64,000 nucleotides of DNA, from assembly GCA_013214355.1 (NCBI GenBank), contig JABSSL010000029.1, positions 13,626 through 77,625 on the forward strand. The letters run 5' to 3'. Each line of letters starts with the position of its first letter. Position 1 is the stretch's first letter. This DNA is from Saprospiraceae bacterium (GTDB taxonomy: Bacteria; Bacteroidota; Bacteroidia; Chitinophagales; Saprospiraceae). Shown here in pieces: positions 37,180-46,300 of this stretch. The position numbers and the translations under genes are program-made. The notes under the pieces are model-generated. The model made no database searches and was not told where the DNA came from. It worked only from the letters and a program-made list of their open reading frames with translations.

Positions 37180-39135
37180 CTAGTCGTCTTGTGCATCCGG
37201 CTCAACACCTTTCACTGCATCTTCAAAAGCAGTAGTGAGATAGATAAAGTCGTGATCCTTCACTGCTTTCTCATACGTTTGCCCTCCTACTTCGTAGACT
37301 AGTTTCAAGATTTTCTTGGTACCGTATTTTGGATCTTTACCTAAGACTGTTCCTTGGGAGATAAATCCAACCGCACCATGATCTACTAGATTTTGAACTA
37401 AGTCCTTCACGTTACTTTCATAGCCTGAAACACCCCAAATTGCTTCTTTAATGGTGATTTTTGGATTCTTAGAAGCTCCTAAGAACTCAAACGAACTATG
37501 ATCTTTTTGTTTCCGGAAGTAAACAACATCATTGATTTCGTAAGCCACCCGTAGTTCTTTGGTGTGTCCATATTTAGGATCCGTTCCAAGGTTACTACCA
37601 TTTACCTTGAATGGCGTAGTAGGGTCATTGGCTAAAGTCTGTACCTCAGCGGTACAATTAGCATTTTTGTCACCTACTCCCCAAACGGCGCCTAATACTT
37701 TGACTACGGGCATGGATTCTGCACTGATCGACTTAATCGCTGGATTTGCGGCAACCCAGTTGGAAGCATCTCCGGTGAGGGCGAAATCAGTCAAAGTTCC
37801 GTTGTTCTTCCCTACCTGGTCCATCAAAGTCGTCACTGTTGAGTTATCACCACCAGCAACCCCTTGATTGAAGTTATAATAAGCCACCAGACCTGCTTCT
37901 TTGCCTGTCAATTCAGTATTCATGCTAGCCACTATTTCGTCAGCTGTTCTTGCCACATTCCAGACCCTTAGTTCATCCATTGTGCCATCGAAATACTCGC
38001 CATTATGAGGCTCAGGAAGATTTCCAATCTTTAAGTTTTGATCTGTAGTCTTTGGATCTGCTCCATTGGCACCGTCTGCTTTACCATCAACATATATTGC
38101 CCAATTTTCACCATCATAACTCATAGCAACGTGATGCCATTCCCCATCATTGATGGTTGTCTTACCGGTAAAATCTAAATATTGTCCGATGTAAGCTAAT
38201 TTGCCGTTTCTAATGGCCATAGAATTACGCATGTGATTGGCCCGGCGACCCCAGCTAATGAAATTGCCGATGCTGGTCTGAGTAGTTTTCACCCAGGCTT
38301 CCATGGTTCTTGGTTCTCTGCCTTGAGGAAGTCCTGTGGAAGTAGCTCTGGCATCTACGTAGTCTTTGGTACCATCTAAGTGAAGAGCATTGTTAGATGC
38401 AGTTTCAGGTTTCTTATTTAGAGCAAGATCCGATTGAACAAAATTTGAAGTAGAATTTGGACTTAAAGCAAAACGCTTAAGGGTACCATCGTTGTTTCCA
38501 GTAAGATCGGTAACTGCAGTAATTCCTGTGTTGTCTCCATTGGCAACCCCTTGATTAAAGTTATAGTATGCCAAAAGGCCTGATTCTGTGCCTGCTAGTG
38601 CCCTGTTGTAATCCGCCGCAATTTCCGCGCCATCACGAGCGTGATCCCAGATACGCACTTCATCCATCATACCGCGAAAGTGGCAACAACTGCCAAAGCT
38701 GCCTAGTTGCACGAAAGCATCCGTCTGAGGCCCCACTCCTACTTTCTGAGCGACCTGTGCTCCATTGCGATATAAAGTCATGAGCTGTGTAGAATCATCA
38801 TAGGTCACTGCATAGTGCTGCCATCCCGCTTCAATTGGGTTGGGATCTTGTACTTGCGTCCAGCTACCAGCTTGGCCGGCGTCTGCCTTCCCATTCACAA
38901 TTCGAAAAGCATGCCCACTCTGGCCAGAGATGATATTATTGTTGAATTTTAAGTTATCAACCTCCAGCTTGACCCAAACTTCTTTGGTGTAGGATAGCGT
39001 TAAGAAATCTCCGCAAGCTACATAGCTACCGGAGCCATTTAAAAGAAGGGCGTGATTTTGTCCAAATAAAGTCCCAAAACTTAGGCTTACAGCTAGGATC
39101 AGAAAGCCTTTGATTAGTCCAATTAGATTTTTCAT
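37180..39135 (-). CDS. Secreted protein with two LamG/concanavalin-A-like domains and a C-terminal tandem repeat
   Basis: Signal peptide, and two LamG-like modules each followed by GL(L/V)AYYNFNQGVAxGDN. Two C-terminal repeats of about 85 aa share LGxDPKYGxxKxLxxxYE. The ATG at 39135 is preferred over the TTG at 39159. Confidence 0.8.
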   Translation of the reverse strand: MKNLIGLIKGFLILAVSLSFGTLFGQNHALLLNGSGSYVACGDFLTLSYTKEVWVKLEVDNLKFNNNIISGQSGHAFRIVNGKADAGQAGSWTQVQDPNPIEAGWQHYAVTYDDSTQLMTLYRNGAQVAQKVGVGPQTDAFVQLGSFGSCCHFRGMMDEVRIWDHARDGAEIAADYNRALAGTESGLLAYYNFNQGVANGDNTGITAVTDLTGNNDGTLKRFALSPNSTSNFVQSDLALNKKPETASNNALHLDGTKDYVDARATSTGLPQGREPRTMEAWVKTTQTSIGNFISWGRRANHMRNSMAIRNGKLAYIGQYLDFTGKTTINDGEWHHVAMSYDGENWAIYVDGKADGANGADPKTTDQNLKIGNLPEPHNGEYFDGTMDELRVWNVARTADEIVASMNTELTGKEAGLVAYYNFNQGVAGGDNSTVTTLMDQVGKNNGTLTDFALTGDASNWVAANPAIKSISAESMPVVKVLGAVWGVGDKNANCTAEVQTLANDPTTPFKVNGSNLGTDPKYGHTKELRVAYEINDVVYFRKQKDHSSFEFLGASKNPKITIKEAIWGVSGYESNVKDLVQNLVDHGAVGFISQGTVLGKDPKYGTKKILKLVYEVGGQTYEKAVKDHDFIYLTTAFEDAVKGVEPDAQDD

Positions 39136-39423
39136 GATTAATTTGTTCAGTGAATGCAAATTGGGGTACTTTGCATATTGAGTGTGAAATTAGTTTGGTG
39201 TTAGATATTGACTAGTTATAAAGGGATAGCAAGTTCATCCCATCCGTACGAAGTAGATAGATCAATAGTACTTGGCAATTGCCTAAGCAAAAGTTTTTCG
39301 GTTACGTATATTCAGGAGTTTCACACCTCCCAAGCTAGGAGATACATGAGTATTTTAGATTAAACGAACAGTCGTGTACACACTGTTGAGGCTTCTGTTT
39401 TTCCTTTATGAAACGACTACTTT

Positions 39424-39789
39424 CTATCGCCAACCCGCTTCTTGTAAAACTCGTAGTGGCTTCTTCCCATATTCCTTCTCAAACTGATTAATAAAGTAGC
39501 TAGTGTTGATATAGCCGACAGCGATAGCAACTTCTTTTACTTTCCGATACTTCCCATTGCGTAGGTATTGCATAGCGCGGTGCAGTCGATACTGGCGTAG
39601 ATATTTTTGTGGCGATAGCCCCGTAAGATCTCGGACTCTCCGAAATAGATGACGTTCACTGATAGATATTTCTGCTGCTAGTCGCTCATTATTTAGTGAC
39701 GCATCGGATATATTTCTTTCAATGATATGATCTAATCGGTTTAGCCAGGATTTTGTGCCAGTCATGCTGCTTAAGTTTAATAGTCTCAT
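39424..39789 (-). CDS. AraC-type HTH protein (DNA-binding domain only)
   Basis: 121 aa that amount to one AraC HTH_18 module (SERHLFRRVRDLTGLSPQKYLRQYRLHRAMQYL...VGYINTSYFINQFEKEYG). No sensor domain. Confidence 0.7.
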   Translation of the reverse strand: MRLLNLSSMTGTKSWLNRLDHIIERNISDASLNNERLAAEISISERHLFRRVRDLTGLSPQKYLRQYRLHRAMQYLRNGKYRKVKEVAIAVGYINTSYFINQFEKEYGKKPLRVLQEAGWR

Positions 39790-39841
39790 GATGTCATAAT
39801 TCAAGTTTTTTAAGTGGATATTGGTTCTTTTAGGTTATGAC

Positions 39842-39968
39842 CCAAAGATGCCATAAATACCCAACTACTGCAAAAGACATTTTCAAAGCATTACCACAAA
39901 AAAAAGTGAATAAAAAAACAATAAATCGCTCATAATCAATTAATTAAATACATAAATCCGCCACAACA
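39842..39968. repeat. Direct repeat of about 130 bp, copy A
   Basis: ccaaagatgccataaat..aaagacatttt..cattaccacaa..caataaatc..ccacaaca aligns by eye with 40365-40503. Confidence 0.6.
39843..39874 (-). promoter_or_regulatory. Candidate Bacteroidota-type promoter (TTTG-N20-CAtcTTTG) for the AraC-like gene
   Basis: On the minus strand: TTTG (39874-39871), a 20-nt spacer, then CATCTTTG (39850-39843). Part of repeat copy A. Confidence 0.35.
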
Positions 39969-40136
39969 AAACACAACCTATTCATTCCAATTACATTGCT
40001 TCCGAACAAAAAGTATAGCTCGATACTGCCATAACTACTTAAAACAGCGTAGTCATACACCTAGCAATTCTGGATCATCTAGAGGAAATGTAACACCGGA
40101 GATGGACTAGACAGGAAAATGAAGAAGTGGTACCCA

Positions 40137-40359
40137 AATAAAAACCCCGGACCTGCTTTCTGCCTGATCCGGGATCGTTTAGTCATTAAGTCTAATGAAC
40201 TGTCTCCTTCAGGATAGTAAATCAATCTTATCACTGGGTAGACTTTCCATACAACTCGTGGAAATATAAGGGCCGACGAGAAGAATGATAGTGCTAATAG
40301 AGATTACTTAAGTTGAGTTTACAAGGATTGCTCTATCCTGAAGAAGTCGCTCAACTATT
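40137..40359 (-). ncRNA. Candidate small RNA of about 220 nt (promoter copy B to a hairpin plus T-run)
   Basis: A duplicated promoter module lies upstream. An 11-bp closing helix pairs cttcaggatag with ctatcctgaag (40209-40219 with 40334-40344). A 3' hairpin CCCGGA..TCCGGG is followed by GTTTTTATTT on the minus strand. No ORF is present. Confidence 0.3.
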
Positions 40360-40364
40360 ATATT

Positions 40365-40503
40365 CCAAAGATGCCATAAATGTAGACTTACCGCCAAAGA
40401 CATTTTAGAGACATTACCACAACAAAACAAGGCAAAATCACAACAATAAATCTCCTAACAAATTATTAATCAATACCTTAAACACAAACAGATCACCACA
40501 ACA
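40365..40503. repeat. Direct repeat of about 130 bp, copy B
   Basis: See copy A. On the minus strand it carries TTTG (40398-40395), a 21-nt spacer, and CATCTTTG (40373-40366). Confidence 0.6.
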
Positions 40504-40758
40504 GATAAAGCAAAATCAATCATTGAGATTATAAAAATCCAAGAAAACAATACCAAGTTGAGCGCAGTATGAGGTCACCAGGGCTAAGGATCATGCCATT
40601 AATCGGACATATCACCTAATTTTCAATCACAAACATATAAGCAAACATTCATCATTGATCGATTATTTTACCACAAAACATCCACTTATTTGTACCTTCA
40701 GGTTTGTATTTAAGAGGCTATAAAGCAGATCCTTACTCAGAACTCACAGAACACAAAA

Positions 40759-42210
40759 ATGAGCAGCCTTTTCTCCTCCAAATTCGTAAGAATTGTCAAA
40801 ACCCTGAGTCCCGAAGAATGGAAATCCTTCGAGCTTTGGCTCAAATCCCCTTGGGCCAATAGTAATAAGAATCTCATTCGTTTGCTGGACAAACTCAAAA
40901 AGTATTATCCTGACTTTACAGATACGAAACTCTCTAAAGAGAAGTTATTTAAGCAGATCTTGCCAGATGGGAAGTTCAGTCTTCGGCGAATGAATAATCT
41001 GTTGTCGGAAGGATATCTAGCTGCTGAGCGCTTCCTTGTTTTTCAAAATCTTTCCCACAATCAAAATCTTCAAAAAAATCTACTCACCAAGGAATTACAA
41101 GGTCGCTCGTTAGATGAATGGTTTTTTAGGGATATTGAAGAAGAAGTAGAGCGCTTAGAAGAATTACCGGTAAAGGAATGGGAAGACCATTTGCAGCTAT
41201 ATCAACTCCATCGACGTATCTATCATCACCCTAGTCAGAGTCGTCGCATGCAGCCGGGAGAGCTTACCATAGTCAAAATGGATGAAGAGCTGGACTTGCT
41301 ATATCTCTTAGAGAAAGCAGCTATCATCACGGAGAAGACCTTCAGGAACCGAATTATCAAAAACGAGAATCACGATATAGATAGAGATTTAAGATTGTGG
41401 CAAGTCGAAAGTGAGAACATAAATCATCCGGCGATCAAGCTGTATAAAATGCGTTTCGCTTACCAGGAAGATAGCATGGTAGAGCAGTTTTTGCATCTTC
41501 GCAAGGTATTTATAGAATCATTCATCAAAACCAATAAGAAAGAACAAAAAATGCACTTATTGTGGCTGCTGAATGATGCTTTTTATCTGATAAAGCGGAA
41601 GAAAATTGATCTAGCTGAATTTTTCCCACTGTATGAACTTGGCGTAAGCAATGACTTGTTACTGCAACATGGTATGATGACTAGAGTTACCTATACCACC
41701 TCGATAATTGTCAGTAACTCATTGAATAAATTCGAATTTACTTCCTTAATCATTGAGAAGTACTCTAAATTCTTATTGAAAGAAATCCAAGCTGATGCCA
41801 TATCCTGGGCAAAGGCTCATACGGCTAGCAAAAAGAAACAATACGATTTAGCATTACAACTCTTGCTTTCGCATGATTTTGCTTCATTGTACTTCAAAAA
41901 AGTGACGAGAGTACTTACCCTTCAAACCTACTTTGAACTATTTCTCAAGTCCTCCTCATCCTATTATCTATACTTACTGAGTTTTTGCGATTCTTTCGAG
42001 AAGTGGGTCCAAAGAGAAAAACTGCTATCCCAAGGCAACAAAGAAGCCTATTTACATTTCATACAAAAATGTAGGTCACTAGCGAAGATATATTTGGATG
42101 TAGATTTTAATGAGCAAAAACTACTCGATGTTTTGTCTGGAGAATCAAACATTGAAGCATTTAAATGGTTAACTGAAAAACAAGAGCAAATTAGGGTATT
42201 GAAAAGCTAA
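40759..42210 (+). CDS. Hypothetical 483-aa predominantly helical protein
   Basis: Long ATG-initiated ORF with no signal peptide, no TM segment and no motif I recognise. Confidence 0.6.
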   Translation: MSSLFSSKFVRIVKTLSPEEWKSFELWLKSPWANSNKNLIRLLDKLKKYYPDFTDTKLSKEKLFKQILPDGKFSLRRMNNLLSEGYLAAERFLVFQNLSHNQNLQKNLLTKELQGRSLDEWFFRDIEEEVERLEELPVKEWEDHLQLYQLHRRIYHHPSQSRRMQPGELTIVKMDEELDLLYLLEKAAIITEKTFRNRIIKNENHDIDRDLRLWQVESENINHPAIKLYKMRFAYQEDSMVEQFLHLRKVFIESFIKTNKKEQKMHLLWLLNDAFYLIKRKKIDLAEFFPLYELGVSNDLLLQHGMMTRVTYTTSIIVSNSLNKFEFTSLIIEKYSKFLLKEIQADAISWAKAHTASKKKQYDLALQLLLSHDFASLYFKKVTRVLTLQTYFELFLKSSSSYYLYLLSFCDSFEKWVQREKLLSQGNKEAYLHFIQKCRSLAKIYLDVDFNEQKLLDVLSGESNIEAFKWLTEKQEQIRVLKS

Positions 42211-42211
42211 C

Positions 42212-42240
42212 GGAGCAGTTGCAAAAACAGCAACTGCTCC
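42212..42240. terminator. Perfect 11-bp stem hairpin, bidirectional terminator candidate
   Basis: ggagcagttgc-aaaaaca-gcaactgctcc, starting 2 nt after the stop of the 483-aa gene. A T-rich stretch follows. Confidence 0.6.
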
Positions 42241-42269
42241 GCCAGCTTCTTTCTTATCTGTAAACCGTT

Positions 42270-42461
42270 TTAATTGACAATATCATCTTGAACAACAATC
42301 CCCTCTCCTCCTTCATCATTATTACCCCCTTTAATGGCTCTGGGATTAAATATTCCACTACAAACGGTGAATCTTTCAAATGACTTTTTAGATGCTACTG
42401 CCTCCTTAGTTTCAGCAGTAAAAAGTGTATTGGCGATCAAGTTTGAAATTAAGTTTCTCAT
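42270..42461 (-). CDS. Small 63-aa ORF with an internal Gly-Gly and an acidic tail (doubtful)
   Basis: ATG start with AAGGAG 19 nt upstream. The ...PRAIKGG/NNDEGGEGIVVQDDIVN region is loosely reminiscent of GG-leader peptides. No other support. Confidence 0.25.
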   Translation of the reverse strand: MRNLISNLIANTLFTAETKEAVASKKSFERFTVCSGIFNPRAIKGGNNDEGGEGIVVQDDIVN

Positions 42462-43379
42462 GGCATGAACAGGGTTGTACTCCTTGAGGTCAAGAATAAG
42501 ACCGGAGTGATTTAGAAAATGAAATAGGTATTACAACCTGCCTAGTGGCAGAACCCGATCATTTCCGTTCCCAATTCATCATGTGCACCTGATGGGATTG
42601 AGTTTAGCTAATTGCCCGGTATACCCAATGGTTGGTCAGGTGAAGCAAGGACCACTTGCTACACTACCGGCGGACGTAAGAAATCGGTTGTAAAGGTTGC
42701 TGCCTGAATTCGAGGAGGATCGAACAGTAGCAGCGAAAATTGTTTGCCTTCCGACTGACTCCTTTACATGAGGAAGGGTCAGTGGAATTTGAAATGTTGG
42801 AGAAATTAACTACAAGCTTGATACTATTTTGTATCACACTTACATCATCAAATTCCCATAGGAGCCAAAAAGTGACCCCCTTTTTTGATTTTTTTTTGAT
42901 TTTTTTTCAAAAAAGGAAAAATCAGCCAAGAGAAATCTTCTTAAAAACCTGACTAACAAACACTTACAACAAATGAAAAAATAATTTTTTTTTCTTAGTA
43001 TTCTACCCCTTTTGCCTAATGCCTTCTTTAAGAAGGATCTTCCAGGATCAAAAAAACAATCGAAAACCGCCATTTATGCAAAAACTCTGCTCAATCGTTC
43101 TTTTCCGTTCCATTGATTCCTATTTTTACTAGCTCAGATCAATTCTTAGCGCTAAAACTGTTGGGATCACATGCCAACAGGCCCAATTAACCATCACAAA
43201 GCGCTTTTATAACACAAAGCTCATAGTCCGCTACTAGGTCAACTTTCGACGTCCTAATAAATAACGAGATCCTCGAAACCGATTCGGCGATTTCCACATT
43301 GGAATACAAACTCTATTACTCACTCGGTATAGGGGCAGGTGGTTTTACACCTATCCTTGATCATGTACTTAGCCTACAA

Positions 43380-46300
43380 ATGAAAAAGACAGTACTCCTC
43401 CTCCTGACTTTTCTAGCTATGGATAAGGCCATGGTATTCTCACAATCATTGAGTCCCTCAGAACAAAAGGAACTCCAAGAGCGATACTTTGGAAATTTAG
43501 ATCTAATGCAGGCCGATAAACTATATTGGTCCGGTAAAGGCAAAGAAGCTCAGTCCCTCTACGCTAGCGCCAGACGTACCTTCCAGGCTCAAAAGAACTG
43601 GGAGGCTTATATCCGTTCTTCCAGTAGCTTGGCCAAGTCCCTGGCAGGTGGCGAAACCTTTGAGGAAGGGGTCACGATTGCCAAAGAATCCATCCGCCTT
43701 ATTGAAGCGCAAGCCCCGGCCTACAAGAAATATTGCAATCGGATCTACCATAGCCTATCGGCCATATACCAATGGGCGGGGCAAGCAGAACATTCGCTAC
43801 CCTATGCTCATCAGAGCCTCCTCTGCCTCAGAGCTCAAGATGCTAATGAAGAAGATGCGACCTTTGGTTATTATTACAATGGATTGGGCACCATTCATCG
43901 AGATATTGGAGACTTAGATAGTGCTTTATACTACTTTAAGCAGGGTTTGCAAGTGCTACAAAAAGGGACTAATCAAAAAGACTTTGAATACGCACGAACC
44001 TACGAGCATCTTGGCGCCTTACATGCCACCAGAGGTAATTTTGACAAGGCTATAGAAGATACTGAAAAAGGACTAAAGATTGCCTCTGAAGCCCAAAGTC
44101 GGTCGGGCCTTCAATTGGTTTATTTCTATCTAAATCTTGGAAGCTTTTACAGTGACATTGGCGAGTATGCGCAAAGTACAGACTATTTCAGGAAGGTAAT
44201 CTACACCATAGAAACTTCTGGAACGACTAAAGCTAGATATAGAGAGAAAATAATTCCGTTCGCTTTATTAGGAATGGGCCATAACCATCTTGCGTTAGGG
44301 GAATTAGAGGAAGCTTCCATCGCCTTTGACAAGGCGGGAAAAACGCTACAAGGAAAGCAGTCTCTCTTTGATCTTCAACTAAGAGCCATAATTGGGAAAG
44401 GACAAGTTCAGGTTCAAAAAGGAGATGTAACACAAGCCTTACAATATTTGCAGGAAGCGGAGGAGCTTTTTGAACAGTCTGCCTCCAAACTACCTAACAA
44501 TATCCGATACATAGAAGTGCAGGCTAGTATTCAGCGTAAACTAGGTGACATTTACAAATTGCAAAAAAAATGGGACTCCAGTCTCTTTGCCTATAAAGAA
44601 GCGCTTCAACTCAATTTTACGGGAGGTGATACAGATCTCTATAGAACAGGACCAGGAACATATCAAAGTATAGCAGGTATTTTTGAAGCCAAAGAACAAT
44701 TGGATTCCGCTCTACTGTACAATCAGAAAGCCTTACAATTAGCTACTTATGGCAATGAGGACAGCCCACTCGAAGATTTGTCTGCCGGCCAGTCGATCGG
44801 CAGTTCCTTGGTGACCTATTCTATCTTAAACCAAAGAGCTAACCTACTCTTGCAATTGGCTGCTCATGCCAAAGACCTCCCTTCTAGGGAATCCTTGGAA
44901 GCCGAAGTACTATCGGTTTATTCCTTTGCAGACCAAGTCCACCTACAAAACTTGAGGAAGATTAATCTATTGAGAGGTGCCCAAAGTAAGGCCTTGATTG
45001 AGCGTTCGTTGACTAATTATCAAGATGCCTTGGCCTTTACCACCGAACTCTATGAGAGAAGAGGGGATCGACGTTTTCTCGAAAAAAGTTTCTTCTTCAC
45101 ACAGAAAATGAAGGCTCAACAGCTTTGGCTTTCCTCTCTGAATAGCCAGGCTGTCTCCTATGGGAATGTCCCCTCTGAGCGTCTGCGCGAAGAAAGAGAC
45201 CTCCAGCACGACATTCATTATTACGAAAACAAAGTAAGGGAGGCCCGGGCAATTCAGGATTCCGTAGCACTGGCCAAATATCAGTATACTTATCTACTAG
45301 AAAGTCGAAAAAGGTATTCAGCTCTTGTTCGAAAAATTGAACAGGAAAATCCCGACTACTATGCCTCTAAGTACGCTTTCCAGCCCGAAACAGAGGAAGG
45401 ATTACAAGCTTTACTCCAGCAGGATGAATTGCTGATTGAGTATGTATTTGCAGATAGTGTGATTTATGCCTACACCATGGGGCATGGCCAAGCCATGGAG
45501 GTGTATAAGATTCCTTTACTAGATCAAACCACCAGCCAGATCCAAGACTTACATCAGTTGCTGCAGAAGACTTCTTGGATACGTCGGTCCAAGCGTGAAA
45601 AGTTCATCCAACTCAGTCATCAACTGTATCAGCAATTCATAGCTCCTTTGGCGGCTCAAATCAATGGTAAAAGTCGGCTGATCATTATTGGTGATGGTAT
45701 AACCAATTACATCCCCTTTGAAGTCCTGCTTTCATCCGACACATTTAGTCCCTTTACAGCACTAAACTATCTGATTCGGCAATTTACCATAAGCTATCAC
45801 TACTCCTCCAGTCTCTTTGCCCAAGCGCGCCGTAAAGAACGGGATAGAAGTACAGCGGGGATCTTTGCGTTTGCCCCAGTATATGACAAAACTTCAGGTT
45901 CTGACTTAGCCCTCGGCGAGGTATTAACTGAAGAATCTTTGAGGGCCATTAAGGAAGGGCATTTCTCCCCACTTCCTGAGTCCGAAAAAGAGGTTAAGAC
46001 CATTGTGCAGCTATTTGAGCAAAAGGGTAGCAACAATAACCTATTGGCTCTTCGGCAAGATGCCTATGAAGGGGCCTTAAAACACAATCTGGAACAGAAC
46101 TTCACCTTCTTACATATAGCAGGCCATAGCTTTGCCAATGTAGAACAACCCAAGTTTTCTGGAATTGCTTGCGCTGAAACCAAGCGTCAAGATGAGGACG
46201 GCATACTTTACTCCGGAGAGATTCATGCGCTAAACACACAAGCGGATTTGATAACGCTTAGCAGTTGCGAAAGTGGCTATGGTAAGCTCGACCGAACAGA

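Noticed and set aside
39813-39855. Short upstream ORFs starting ATGGCATCTTTGG (MASL...) conserved in both ~130-bp repeats.
   Set aside because: The ATG lies inside or upstream of the putative -7 promoter box (CATCTTTG), so it would not be in the transcript. The peptides diverge immediately after four residues.
40145-40173. Resemblance of GGAUCAGGCAGAAAGCAGGUCCGG to the conserved SRP (4.5S) RNA domain IV.
   Set aside because: The motif order and the GGAA tetraloop/symmetric-loop signature of SRP RNA are absent. The element is a simple 6-bp GC hairpin followed by a U-run, so it is interpreted as a terminator.
42540-42560. GCCACT-like B12-box on the minus strand, suggesting a cobalamin riboswitch.
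   Set aside because: The surrounding conserved cobalamin-riboswitch elements are not recognisable, and no B12-related gene is adjacent.
42740-42952. 70-aa plus-strand ORF in the CHAT-2 upstream spacer.
   Set aside because: It has a TTG start, and its C-terminal half is translated from T/A homopolymer runs (FFDFFLIFFQK). It has no coding-like composition.
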